A stretch of DNA of 62,594 bases, the filler included, from Rhabdomonas costata (lineage: Eukaryota), in NCBI GenBank assembly GCA_019059605.1. It is 33 parts of 33 records of this genome, joined end to end, with 100 filler letters (N's around TTAATTAATTAA, not from the genome) between each part and the next. Parts side by side here need not be neighbours in the genome. Positions count along the whole stretch, not along the records: positions 47,497 to 49,295 come from JAHMHO010008872.1; positions 49,396 to 51,194 come from JAHMHO010008873.1; positions 51,295 to 53,093 come from JAHMHO010008874.1; positions 53,194 to 54,992 come from JAHMHO010008875.1; positions 55,093 to 56,891 come from JAHMHO010008876.1; positions 56,992 to 58,790 come from JAHMHO010008877.1; positions 58,891 to 60,696 come from JAHMHO010008878.1; positions 60,797 to 62,594 come from JAHMHO010008879.1; 25 more parts are not named here. One strand, written 5' to 3'. The notes under the pieces are model-generated. The model searched no databases. It was not told where the DNA came from and was given only the letters and a program-made list of their open reading frames with translations. Position 1 is the first letter of the stretch. Each line of letters begins with the position of its first letter. Below are positions 47,978 through 60,840 of this stretch, one piece after another. The translations under genes and the position numbers were made by a program.

Positions 47978-50407
47978 TGTAATTGTGCTCCAAGTAAAAC
48001 ATTCTCGTACGGCTGTTATTTCGTGTTTAGAGCAGCACAAAGAACATAGAGAAAGCAAACGAGAATGTGGGATGCAAACGACCCAAATCTTCAACCTTCA
48101 TATCCACAAAACGGAAAGCAATTGCGCACAAAGGAGGCGTCCCTTGGTGTTGCTACCCTATTTCAGTAATAACAGTGTCATGAGTGCAGACATCGGCGTG
48201 AACGGTGTCTCTCTTTCACCTAAAAGCTTCGCGTGGGCCACGCCCACCTCAAATGGATGCGTAACTGTGTGGCCAGCTACAGTTTGGGGAAGGCGGAAGG
48301 TTTAGACCTTCAGGACTTCGAAGGAAGAGATGCTACCAACGAGAAATACAGATAACGTCGCAAGGGTGGACAACGGCGCAGAGGTTGTACAGGCACTGGT
48401 CAGCGATGTGTGAGACCAGGGAGTGAAACCTGGTGGTGTGTACCTTAAACGAGGGCGCGAGGGCACCCGCTTCCCAAACAAGGCTCTCCCCGCCCCCTCC
48501 ACTCAACGTACAAGAGCATACGTGTGGTAGGGATGGTGAAACCAGAGGAAATGGCATCATCAGAGAGAGATGTCAGTCGCTGATGCCACCATCAAAGCAG
48601 TGGTGCACGACTGCTGCAAAGCCGAAGAAATAGAAGGAAGCGCGCTGGGACCGAGGGGGGGGGCATTCACGCACCCAGAGTACCAAGAACTAGCTGGGTT
48701 ACATTTGGGTCCAAACCAAACAAAATGCAGTATAGGTCGTGACTTATGCCCTCCACTGGCACCCTCCACATGATAAAGCTGCACTACGGGTTTCCGGAAA
48801 TACCGCTCCCAAGAAGCCGGAAGAGGTTGGCCAAAAAGAAAACGGGTTCTGACCCATGCATCTTCTCAGGAGCGTGCGTCCAACAGATTGCTCCACTCCC
48901 TATGTGCCCATGTTCATCGGCACAACCCCACCTGAGATACACTTGGACAGCGTGTAAAGGGGCGCGCACTTTTTGGTCTTAAGCTGAGGTGAAAATACTT
49001 TAACCCCATCGTGCTCTAGAACTGTCTTGAACTTTCTGACACCATAATATGCGGGTACATTGCGGCCGAAAAAAAACCTTGTCTGAACCCGTAGTGCAGA
49101 CACCACTGTTTTTCGACGTACGCTGGATTGCTTCTTTATTCGACTTCAAAGCAGCCCTCGGTTGCAGAAGAGGGGAAAGGGGTAGGATCCTTTTTTACCT
49201 CACTGAAAGCCGAAACCCATTCAAAATGATCACTCTCATCAACCAAAACAAAAGGGCAAAGCGAGGTAACAGCAAGCAGAGGACACCCAAAAACCNNNNN
49301 NNNNNNNNNNNNNNNNNNNNNNNNNNNNNNNNNNNNNNNTTAATTAATTAANNNNNNNNNNNNNNNNNNNNNNNNNNNNNNNNNNNNNNNNNNNNTTTTG
49401 GTGTTGTCCCCAGGTCCTCCGCAGGTGAAGTAGGCAAGACCAAAAGCCGAAAATGGGGACAGCACCCGCCAAAAACAAAAGTCGTCATTCGAAGGAAGCA
49501 CCGCCAGAGAGCGTGCAACAGCAACGGAAGCGAGTGAGAGAGGCAGGGAACGTGAGAGACCAGCAGCCGAGGGACAGGGAGCCAGATAAGGGTCGGGGAA
49601 AGATGGCCGCGGGGATCAAGTATGGAGCATGGAGTATGAAGAGGCCGACAGCAGGAAAGCAGCCGAAAGAAGGCGGAAGACGAGCACGTGTGCCCCAGAA
49701 GTGCGATGGCACGGGATAGCATGCAATTTCCAACGGTGTCGCTTTGTGCACTCGCGAACGTGCGAAGAGATGGACCCAGTGCGCAGATGTACAAGCGGAC
49801 CATCGAGCATCGCAAGATATCAGAGCCCCTATGTTACCACCAACGGGAATCGACAGTAGTCGCAGACGTACCAGGGCAAGGAGTCAGTGAGGCAACCCCG
49901 AGGTACCGGCGGTTCAGAGGGCAGGAATAGCCCGCAACGCAACTATAGAGCGATGTGCTGGCAGGGCAACGTACCGGTGCTTGGGTGCGGGGTCCAATTC
50001 AATCCCACACCAAAGAACACGACGGTAATGAAAATGCAAATGAAGCTCATCGTGATGAATGAATGAATGAAAGTTTCCTCGTAATGCACCCCTGCCCGTT
50101 GGTAACGTCAAATTCCAGCTTGTTCTACTTCATTGCTAGCAGCACCGTGGAGATTTGCTGTGCCACCACGCTGGTCTATCTGATTGAAACCTCGGCTGAG
50201 TTGTTGTTGTAGTATTCAGCATAGCTTCCTCCGGTCTGTCCTCGCCATTAACTGGAGCGGCCTTCTCCTTCAGTGGCAGTGTTTTTTCTTAATGGTCACT
50301 CTTGGCGTGCCCTCAATCGCCCTCGTAAGCGCTGTACGTCAGAGGGATGGGATTCCGCGCAGAGCGGTGCAGCAGCTTCTTCTTGGGTATCTTGCTTGCC
50401 CATTCAG

Positions 50408-50968
50408 GTGAGAAGCCCGCACTGGCCAAAGAGAAGTCGAGTGAGTCGACAACCCCAAAGCCAACCGGTTCCTCCACCAGCCCGACTTCGTCCTCCTCCG
50501 TAACCGCGGGGAAATCTGTCCCTGCAGAACCCCGCTCCACTCGGCCCAGCTCCGGCTCTGAGGGGACCAGACGCAAGCCGGGCTCAACCTCCGAGACAGG
50601 CACGTCTTCTCGAAGGACTATTCCCGAGTCTGGCGAGCGGGGGTCATTGGGGATTGCACCGGATGAGCCCGCCCCGCCGGAGAGACGCCGCCACCACCAT
50701 CATCGGCATCACCACGGCCACAAACAGAGTGAAAATTCTGGCAGTGAGGTTTGCTTGGGTTGCGGTTTTGCCCTCTTTTGCGCTCAGCCATGGCGCCCAT
50801 TCTTTTTTGTTCCGATGCTGCTAGCCACCCACGTCACTGTTTTTTTTTACCAAAGCAACCAACCAAACCGGCCTCATTTCCTTTTTCTTCAAACAAAGGT
50901 TCAATCTGTCTTCCTTCATTCCTCTCTTTCCCACCAATGCAAACCAGACTGCGGCGCGGGCGGATTGA
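50408..50968 (+). CDS. Ser/Thr- and His-rich low-complexity C-terminal exons (50408-50748, 50948-50968)
   Basis: AG/GT-bounded and phase-consistent, ending TAARAD*. Contains RRRHHHHRHHHGH. Family unknown. Confidence 0.5.
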
Positions 50969-51810
50969 GTGGCTGAGGTGGCCACTGAAAAGAAATCAGC
51001 GGCATCAAAGAAGCACCGTTGGGCACTTGATAGGTCCACGTGCAAACAGCAAACAGCAAACAACACGTACGGAACAAGAAAGAGATGAGAAGCCGGAAGG
51101 TACGCAAACGGGTAGAGAGCTCAAACTGTGGGAAAGCACACTCCTGGAGAGTGTAAGAGTGAGGAGTAACTGGGAGGGGGACTGAACCAAACCCNNNNNN
51201 NNNNNNNNNNNNNNNNNNNNNNNNNNNNNNNNNNNNNNTTAATTAATTAANNNNNNNNNNNNNNNNNNNNNNNNNNNNNNNNNNNNNNNNNNNNGTGTGG
51301 GTGGGGGGAGGCTCATCACTTGCCAGGGAAGCTGCTTACTCACGCTCAGCAACAGCTACGGGAGGGAAGGTGGACGTCTGACTTTATTTACTACACTGAG
51401 GTATTGTTTTGGTGCCTTTTCTCAGTTTTGCTTTGTCTTTTGTTGTTTACCTATTGCTGGCAATGCAATCGGCGATTCGTTCATGGTCTCCATGTTCACT
51501 TCTCTTCCGCTTTTTTGGTGCCGAATGTATGTCAGCTTGAGCGAGGACTGCAGAAGTGTAGTATTTGGCACCCGTGGGAAGCCGCGTTTATCGTAATACT
51601 GGAAGCCATAAAGAAGCTCTGTTTTAGACATGCGCATTGGCATTTTATGAACTCTTGCTTGGGGTGTGTAAGCGTGTCAATTAAGTCCTGAGGACGTTTT
51701 GCGACGTCTAGTCAAGACCTCCCTTCGCTGGAGGTCTTCTTCATGCATATGCAGTTGCGCGTCTTTCCACCATGTGTGTACAAAGGCGGATCACCTGCTT
51801 TACATGTCAG

Positions 51811-52786
51811 CGGTGGACGAGGTGTTCCCCTTCCTGGACTCAGGGATGTATCTCGTGCCCTATCGGTTCAGCCTTTGGTACCGCAGGCACAACCCCTGGG
51901 GCAGGGGCTCAGGCTCCGGCAGGTCCAGGGTACTGCACCGCGGGGTGGACTTCGCGGGGCAGCGGTACCAGGCGCTCTGCCTGTGCACCGGTGACATTGT
52001 GGTGAAAACGGTTACCTCCGCCCACTTGAGTAACGCAAGCAGTGATGGATTCGCCCGGCTTTTACCCCGGGCGGGGCAGTGCACAGCGTGAGTGGTGTAC
52101 GGATTTTGGCAAATGCATTCTGTCGACTTGTGAGTGAGAGTTGGTCCCTGCTTGAGGGGCTTGAAGTCCAGAATAAGATAATTATGGACAATCTGTGGCG
52201 CGCCGCAGGGGTCCTTCCAGTGCTCCTGTTGCTTCTGAAGCGTTTTCGTTTTCGGCAAAAGCGGAGCTTCTTTCAAGAATTGATTCAGGGATGTCGATAC
52301 GAGGTGCTTTATGAGCGTTGTCCATGGTTAAGATTTATTTGTCCGTGTAAAAATAGGTTTTACTTCGTTGGTGGGTAGGAATTCCCAAGGTGGAAGGAAC
52401 CTGTGGACGGTGCCTCCGCCACCAGCTCACACAGCATCTTCCGCCTCAGTGTTGTATACGTCACCTCTTCTGTAAACCTTACCGCTTCGTGCACGCCTTC
52501 TTCACACACGATCAGCAGCGCCTCTCCTTTTTGTGTTTCTCAACTACTCACTCCCTACTCGCGTGGCTCTCACTTTCCACCGGTGCCTCTCTATTCCCCT
52601 TGAGGGTGAAGTTCCCATTTTCAAAAGAGCAAAATGCGGGCTGCCTTCCGTGCCATCAAGGTGGAGCTCCGCCGCAGCACCCAGTGGATCACTCTGAACA
52701 CCCCGGAGAACTTCAACGCGGTCACCGACCTGAGCATCAATGAGCTGCGGATGGCCTTCAAAACCCTCGACCTCAACACCACCAAG
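51811..52786 (+). CDS. Hypothetical protein with probable EF-hand start; exons 51811-52010, 52289-52326, 52390-52488, 52630-52786
   Basis: Four phase-consistent exons with high GC3. The end ELRMAFKTLDLN resembles the EF-hand entry helix. The last donor would be GC. Confidence 0.55.
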
Positions 52787-52980
52787 GCAGCAACGCAAAC
52801 CTGCCCTCCACAAACCTGCCCAATTGCAGCGCACACTTTTTCATATACTTTTCCAGTTGTTACTACTGTGATTAAAACCACCCATCCTTACAGCTGCAAC
52901 AGAGGCAAGCCGCTAACCGGCCACGGTTCTCGCTTTCATACGGTCGCGTGCCGAACTGCGCGGGTGGTTTTTGTAGCTGC

Positions 52981-53087
52981 GTGGCCATCGGTCCCAGCGA
53001 ACAGCTTGCCACCTCAACCAGAAGTGCAACCGTAACGTTTGCACTTCTGGTTGAGGTGGCAAGCTGTTCGCTGGGACCGATGGCCAC
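52981..53087. repeat. Perfect hairpin (49-bp arms, 9-nt loop) at contig end
   Basis: 52981-53029 is the reverse complement of 53039-53087. Confidence 0.92.
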
Positions 53088-55098
53088 CACACCNNNNNNN
53101 NNNNNNNNNNNNNNNNNNNNNNNNNNNNNNNNNNNNNTTAATTAATTAANNNNNNNNNNNNNNNNNNNNNNNNNNNNNNNNNNNNNNNNNNNNTGGTGTC
53201 GGGTTCTTCTCCGGCACCACCAATGCAAAAACTAAATTTGAAACACAGGCCAGCGAACAGCACCAAAACCCAATCAGGCCCACCACAACACCACGTTGAC
53301 ACGCAACCCAAACGTGGAAGCACAAATCATAGCAAGCAAACACAACAGAAAAACGAAGACAGGTTAAGCGGAATGAAAGAACCCGACACAGAACAAACCC
53401 AGACCACCAGATACAACGCACACGCCCACACAGGCACCAATTTCAGAACGCGCTTTTCTCGATATGGTTCTGTCTTCCGGTGCTCTGGATTCATCTTGTG
53501 CGCGTGTGATGTAGGGGGTGTTTCGCTCTTGGTGATCGCGAATTGGGGTAGAGGATCTGGCGTAGTATGTGGTTAGGTGGGTTGGTGTTCGGCCTTTTTT
53601 GGATGGGTCCTGCGCTTTCGGTACCCGTTTGTCCGGTCTTCGATACCCATATTTCTTTGCTATCCTGGTGTCCTTCCGGTTTATGTGTAGTTTCGTGCTT
53701 CTGTGGTTGTGGGGTGGGTTTGTGTGGGGTCCTTTGTTTTCCCGGGTTCCGGGTTCTGTTGTGCTTGGTTTTAGTGAACCAAAAAACCTGAACCCAGATA
53801 AGTAGCCACACACTCAAAACAACGGTCCGTCATATCCATATAAGAAGCAAAACCAAGCCACGGTACTACCGTCATGTCCAGAGAAGCGAACTCAAGAGAA
53901 GCGGTTGTATACTGCGCATATTACCTACGCGTTTAACCCATTACCTTGAATTCATACTCCGCATTGGATGGCTCATCTACGCATTGTCCACCAAATGCTA
54001 GGGATGGCTAAACAGAATACACGCAAGGATATCGCTGCTTTTAGGAAAGGCTTTCGAAGAAAAAATACACAAGCAAAATAAACATCAGCCACTGTTTTCC
54101 GCATTGCTTGTGTGTTTCCATCTCAGTGGTTTAAAAGAAAGCTCACCACCACTTTGATGGCCATAGCCAGTTCCTAGTCGTACATATTGAGCGATTCCAT
54201 TTAGTAGGACATTCATGGCTATGATTTTATGGCTCCGTACAATGTGCGATTTTCCTCGGTAACATTCTGGATGTATCTGCTAATTTTCAAGCATCCGAAT
54301 GCTTTGAATTTTGAGTGCGTATGTATTTGCTGAAAGGAAATTCCACGAAAATGCAGCTTTCATGGCGATCATGCGTACTCGGGATTATTAATTGCTCTTT
54401 TGTGATGCTGTTGTACCCTGATGCCTGATGAAGTGCAAAAACAAACAATCAATTGGATAACAGTCAAAACGTCAGATGTAGCGCTTCATCAAAACGTTGC
54501 CCTCCAAATATGAACTCAAAATGATATTAAATTCAACAAGTAAAAGATTTGAAATAAAGTGGATTTCCAGTTGTTTCTAGCAACGAGCGGTTATGGTGCA
54601 CAAAATGCATTGTATGCGGGAAAGGTTACTGGACCCTGAGGTTGTTTGTCTTGGAAATTTCTTCCGACCACAATTTCTGGCAATGAAAATGTGGTTCTAT
54701 GTCAACAAAATTGCAAGCGCGTAACCGTAATCAATACCACTAGTGAATGTTGGATCCAATTAAAATCTAAACTAGACTGATGTTTTTCATCTCTCTTTCC
54801 AACAAACATATGTTCTTTTCGTTGACTCGTGTCAGTGACTTTTTTGACCTCTCCGATGGCGGACCACAACACCTTTTTGCAGCACATTTTCTCTGCACTG
54901 GCGTGTGAAATGGCAGCGCCAACTTCAGGCAGAAAGATTCCAACAGTTCAGCGGAGAGCGGGGAACGCGGTCTAACACATGCACCCAACACCNNNNNNNN
55001 NNNNNNNNNNNNNNNNNNNNNNNNNNNNNNNNNNNNTTAATTAATTAANNNNNNNNNNNNNNNNNNNNNNNNNNNNNNNNNNNNNNNNNNNNGTGGGT

Positions 55099-55160
55099 TT
55101 TTACCGACCGCCGAAATTGTCAACGGGCACTGCGTCTTCCAATTTCGGCGGTCGGTAAAA
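55099..55160. repeat. Hairpin (21-bp perfect arms, 20-nt loop) at contig start
   Basis: TTTTACCGACCGCCGAAATTG ... CAATTTCGGCGGTCGGTAAAA. Confidence 0.88.
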
Positions 55161-56298
55161 CCAAAATCAAAATAGAGCGATGGAGGAGAATTGAACCACA
55201 AAGCCGTGGTTCAGTTCTGGGTTGGGGCAAACGCCCTTCCCGCGGAAAACCCGCGAACCGAAAGCGCCGCCGGGGACCCGGCACTTCGCATAGCGAACGA
55301 CGCGGAAACGCAGCCATCCTAGAAGAGGCCGCTGGGTAGTCGGAAGATGGGGGGAACGACCCGCAAACAAAACCAAGGTGGCAACTAGCGGGTAACGAGA
55401 GAGATCCCTTTCATCCCTTGGTTTGGGAGAAATCAAAGGACAACTTTGGCGAATTTTAGGCCCCCGCTTACCTGGGCGGGGTAGGCTGGTGTCGTGCAAT
55501 GCCCGGATCCCGTCGGATGAGATGGCGGGAAATAATGGACGCAGAATAGCACATACCGAACCCAAATTTTGGTGGAAGGAAAACCATGCCAGCGGAAATC
55601 CCGCAAGCATTGCGCGCACCGCCGCGTAGGGCACCCCGCGAGCACCGGGCAGCTGTACAGTGGCCTCGCCTGGCTCGTCAAGCTGCTCATCGCGGCATGC
55701 TCCACGCAACACTCGCGGGAAGAGGGGGCGGCAAGAGCAGGTCCATGCATTCGGACCGGCGGGAGGCACGAGGGCAGTGAGGAAGGAAGGGACATTGAAA
55801 TTGGCAACAATGACAAAAATGACAAAGGGGCCCGCCCCGAGGCGGCCCCCACCCGATCGCAGGGATCAAAACATGATTGCTCCAGTACTGGTATTGTTCC
55901 ATTTCGTCGGTGTTAAATTGGCGTAATGGAAGGGGCGCGCACAGAAGCGAAGTTGTCTGCCAACCGTTTGCAGTCACGGAAACCTTCAGTGAGGGCAACA
56001 CCTGCACATCAGGCTGAACCCGGTGAACCCATTTTCGCGCTGTAGTGTAGGTGTGGTATAAGAGGCGGATCGCGCATTAACTGACTTATACCTTATCGAA
56101 TGAGCACACAACCATCGTAAAGGTAAGAATGCCGGCACGTCAAGATTCAGCCAAACCCTTGGATCAACTTCGCAGCAAAGGGGCGCACTTCAATTTGCAG
56201 TACCACAGATAATACCACACACAAGCAATGTAACGAGCGATTATACCAAAGTCATCCCACCGGCTGCCGGCAGGCGAAGTGTCTCAGAGGAAAAGGCT

Positions 56299-56484
56299 CT
56301 AAAACCCAGGCATCCCAAGCTCCTTCCGCAGCCGCTCATAGGTGACCCAGAAGATAAACTGCCACGGTCCAAGCCGGGCCCATCCCGGTAGAAACCCGGA
56401 GAACATCTTCAGCGGCCCTTCGTGGGTAAGAATATGCTTCAAGCAGCTCAACTGCGAGGAATGGCCTCCAGACATCATCCGAGT
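56299..56484 (-). CDS. Mitochondrial carrier (UCP4/uncoupling-protein-like), terminal exon
   Basis: TRMM...CLKHILTHEGPLKMFSGFLPGWARLGPWQFIFWVTYERLRK*. The third SLC25 repeat ending RLGPWQxxFWVxYE is typical of UCP4-like carriers. Confidence 0.9.
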   Translation of the reverse strand, partial: TRMMSGGHSSQLSCLKHILTHEGPLKMFSGFLPGWARLGPWQFIFWVTYERLRKELGMPGF

Positions 56485-59400
56485 CTGCAACCCCACCACC
56501 CCATAAGTCGACGCACTTAGGGTTGAGTTCTTGCCAAACAGCCCGCAAAGCATCCTCGCTACAGTAGATAAGGTAGCATGCAAGCGGATTCCCAAATGCA
56601 TCCACCCGCTATCGCACAAGGTAAACAAACAAAGGAGCTGATGAACGGGGGAGCACTTAAAATATATGCCCACATGCTGGGGAGGAAGGAGCGTATTTCC
56701 GCGCAATTGTTGGAGTTTTCTCACCTAACTCACGGCGAAATAACACAATCGCACAGCCAAGAGAGGTGACGGCAAAAGATGAAAATCGTTGCGGGCACAC
56801 CGGCGTGCAGGTGGGCGGACGGTGTGCCAGCCTACAGTTCTTTCTCTTAACAAAGCCCAAGCCCGATGTAAAGCCAGCGCAAAACCAAACCNNNNNNNNN
56901 NNNNNNNNNNNNNNNNNNNNNNNNNNNNNNNNNNNTTAATTAATTAANNNNNNNNNNNNNNNNNNNNNNNNNNNNNNNNNNNNNNNNNNNNGTGTTTGCA
57001 AACCCACTCTAAGCAGAAGTTGCAAACAGATGCAAATAAACTTAACCGGACAGATATCACAAGGCAGTTCAAGGGTCATCTGCGTACGTCGGAAGTCACG
57101 TTCGACGCCCTTTCTATAACTGCTGCTGGGAAGAAGAAGATCAGTCGGTCAGTTCCAAACATGGGAAGCGGTGTGCATTTCGTCATTGCTGATCAATTAC
57201 CGAGGGACTCAACCCAGAGACTGGATCTCTTATACTTGAAGAGGTTTCCGGAGGCACTCGAAGTGTCGCGTGGGTGGCTATGATTTAAATATCTTAATTG
57301 CGTTTCTGATCTACAGCGGTGCGCTGTTCCGCGGTAATCAGTTCATGCTGTCCCCGATTCGGGAACGTTTGATCAAAACGGGGCAAGAAGTCAGAGTTGC
57401 GCCCGCAAGAGGACAAGGCACATACCGCAGGAAGCAAGCAGGCGTGCTCCGATAGTTTCTTCAGCAGTTTCGGCGCTTCCTGTTTCGTAGAAAAGGGCAA
57501 AACCACCAAAGACAGAGCATCAAAAATCAAACCGAAAGCTTGAGTTGTTCATAATACCGGGAGGGAAGGAACGCGCTTGCATAACCCCATCTTCACCTTC
57601 ACAGTCAAAGAAGAAAGCAAGAGAATCCAGCCGCACTTTCCCCGTGATATTACTGTGTCGTATGTGGGGTTGCCACCGTGCAGTCCGTGAAGTCCGTGTC
57701 ATGATTTTTTCCATGATATTTCCCCATGATATTTGCCCATAATTTCCCAGCACTCAGGCATGTTCCTCAATCCTCATTCCAACCAAACCAAAGGAAAAAG
57801 TGTGGTTGCATACAGCTGGAGTATAACCACAATTAAACTTGGCAACTCCCTCTCGGTTCTAATTTCAACGCACGAAGAATGAAATGAGGAATTTTGTAAT
57901 TTAAAACGAAGTGCAAACGCAGGGACCTGTGACAGTGCGAGGTGCACTGAACTTTGAAGCACGAAAGAGTGAAAATGTGGTTCTTCTAAACCTTAACAGA
58001 TCAAATTTCGCATATCATTTTCGTTATAGTTCGTAATTGCAGTCCGAGAATTTTGACGAATTTGCGAAGGACAAGGATGCTGGTACCAGGGTTGGCGTAC
58101 GCCCTTGGAAAGAGTTGCTTTGTGTAACTAGATTTTTGTTTGGGTTTTCCCCTTGGTTCCCTCCCGACATCGAAACTTGCCATACCGTTTTTTGTCGATC
58201 TTTTCCCAAGTACTGCACACAATGACAGTGCCATAGGACCCCCCGTGCGAGCACCCAGGCTGCGCGCGTCTTGACGATGACATCTTTTCTTTTCTTCCCC
58301 TTTTCACCCGCTCCTCCGTCTTTTCCTTTCGCGCACAACATATACAGTCATATACAAACTTATGTGCTGTCCCAGTCACTCAAACCAAAAGTGCGGGTGT
58401 ATTTATCTTCTTGCTATCACCGTGTGCACTGTTTGTCCTCCTCGCCAACCAGTGCAATTTATTGAGTTGCCTTTTTCACGATCCTGAACTTGTGCGATGA
58501 TTCTCAACTTCGTATGAAAAAAATTTCGTTTGTTGGTTTGTGGTTTTGAATGCAAGCTGTTACAAGGTCACTTTGGAGGGTGGTGGGACGCTAATTTTTG
58601 AAACCTCATGATCTCGGAGAACAAAGATTGCCAGATGGATCAAGTGTGCCTCTTCATTTTTATGATTTGTGCTCTTATGCGACCCTCATGATTTAAAATT
58701 TCTCATCAAGAGAGCAGAACCAGGAGGGAGGGAGGGAGGGACGCAGAATTTACCTCTGGGTTTCGCTTCACATGAATCGACCCACCACCCNNNNNNNNNN
58801 NNNNNNNNNNNNNNNNNNNNNNNNNNNNNNNNNNTTAATTAATTAANNNNNNNNNNNNNNNNNNNNNNNNNNNNNNNNNNNNNNNNNNNNCTCCCCACCC
58901 CCCGCAACAGTCGAGGCGTGATACGGTGCACTGTGTCGGGCGTACAGCGCGCTAGCTTTGCCTACCTGGCTGTTGGAGCGGACCGCGCGCCATTGGGCAC
59001 ATGTGCTCGCCACTGCAAGAGTTGCGAAACCCCTTTCCCCTGTCTCACCCGGCCTCCTCTTCCTAAATCCGAGTTTTCCCTTTTCATCTCCCGTGTCGGG
59101 CTCTTTTTCTACTTTCTGGTGAAAATGGAAGTGGGCCACTACGATGATGATTGGACCGTGTGCAGTCCGAGAGGTAGCTTCGGAGCCCACACTACCGTGG
59201 GGCGAAATGTGTGTGTGTGTGTGTGGCAGCTATTGGGTGCTGAACGAACTGGGGAGGGAGCTAATGATGCCCAGAGGAGGATCATAACCTAAATTGATGG
59301 CATCAAGGACACAGTGTTTAGATTTTCACGGTTATCGCCCTCTAGCTTCCTGAGCGACCTGAGCGCAAGACGTAGCTCAGGCCTTCGATAACACCACTGC

Positions 59401-59833
59401 CATCCGTGATTAACAGCCAAACACGTTACTATCCCCATCAACCAGTGTTAGACGGCTACGGGTCTTGCTTTGGGGAACCTCCGTGGGTTGTGGGTGCGGC
59501 CCCTCGTCTACTCCCAGCTTTTGTTTTAGCTCAAGCTTTTGTGTTAGGCTTTTCGGTTGTGAAGTGAGAGCTTATAGTTTCGCGGAAAAAGAAAGAGAAT
59601 ATCCAACGCCGAAATAGGCCAGCGTTGGAAAGTCACCCTAAAAAACCATATTGGAATTCCGTGCACAATAATCTGTGTGTTACTTGCGCTACATTGATTT
59701 TTTTGGGTAAACTTACTTGCAAGACAGCGCCCCCCCCCTCCCCAAGACTCCTCTTTCCGCTGCAGTGCTCACCTCCAACACAATCGATTCACAAAGTCCC
59801 AAATACAGGCACTGTCCCGAAGCGCGCGGAGAC

Positions 59834-60053
59834 CTTGGGTGGTGATGTAGGCCTCAGACAGGAACTCGGCGAGCAGCACCGCTCTGATGGAGACCTTATC
59901 CAAGCAAACGGAGTATTGCAGGTTGTCCACGACTTGTCCCAGCAGCTTCGTCGTGGTGAGCTGGCGGAGCTCCGTGGTACGCACCATGCCGTTGTACCCC
60001 ACCTGCTCCACGATGTCCACCACCATCCGACCCGTGGCGTACTGGCTGGTCAG
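59834..60053 (-). CDS. Internal exon of an unknown protein
   Basis: cag|...|GT bounded, 73 codons with very high GC3 (LTSQYATGRMVVDIVEQVGYNG...). Family not recognised. Confidence 0.55.
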
Positions 60054-60652
60054 CTGAGAGATAGAGGGACGAGGAAAGATCATCATGGAAACCAGTTGGC
60101 AAAGAAACATTTATAACAGTACAGAATGCCCATGTCCAATGCGCTTCTGCAGAACACAGCACATGCAGATGGCAGGGGTGGGGGTGAGAAAACAACACCA
60201 GGAAACCAGTTTTCTTGCAGAAAAACTCTCGACATCATCGTATGACGCGCCTCCCTTCGCTACGCTTTCTCTCCCTCTTCTCATCCTTCTTTGCTCTTTG
60301 CTCACGTCTATATGTGCTACTGTGTACCTCCAGCACGGCTTTTACACACCAATCGGCATGGTAGCCCCTTGAGGATGGCCTCAACGGCTGGTTATTGGTG
60401 CCGTTCTCCTTGTCCACTGGCTTTCCGCTCACTTCCTCAGACCATTATCCAGTTTTCCAGTCATTCAGAAATTCACTTAAATCCACACACACATACACTT
60501 GGTGCACTTGGCGAGGATTAACTTTTTCTGGAGAGGACTCAGGTCCAAAATCCCCCCTTGGGCTCCCACCTTTCTATGGGGTATGGGCCCATGGTACCTT
60601 GTCCCGCTGTCTTGCCACGTAGGGTTGGCTTACCCCATCTGACCCCGATCCG

Positions 60653-60691
<39 letters not shown>

Positions 60692-60840
60692 ACACCNNNN
60701 NNNNNNNNNNNNNNNNNNNNNNNNNNNNNNNNNNNNNNNNTTAATTAATTAANNNNNNNNNNNNNNNNNNNNNNNNNNNNNNNNNNNNNNNNNNNNGGGG
60801 GGAGCTCTCTGGAGTGTTCCAGGCCACAATGATGCGGGAC

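Larger units (their letters stand above)
1806..60796. other. 32 artificial 100-nt contig spacers (N44-TTAATTAATTAA-N44) separating 33 independent ~1.8-kb contigs
   Basis: The same spacer, with stops in all six frames, occurs at 1806-1905, 3707-3806, 5608-5707 and so on to 60697-60796. Contig lengths are all about 1790-1806 nt, as in a size-sorted assembly. ORFs ending XXXLIN are spacer artefacts. Confidence 0.99.

Noticed and set aside
54422-54445. CTGATGA hammerhead core
   Set aside because: No stem II or GAAA partner.
57200-58110. Possible SAC3/PCI-like exons on the minus strand
   Set aside because: The resemblance is weak and alternative frames cannot be excluded.
1806-60796. Regularly spaced identical TTAATTAATTAA repeats resembling a CRISPR-like or periodic array
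   Set aside because: They are synthetic six-frame-stop linkers embedded in N runs.
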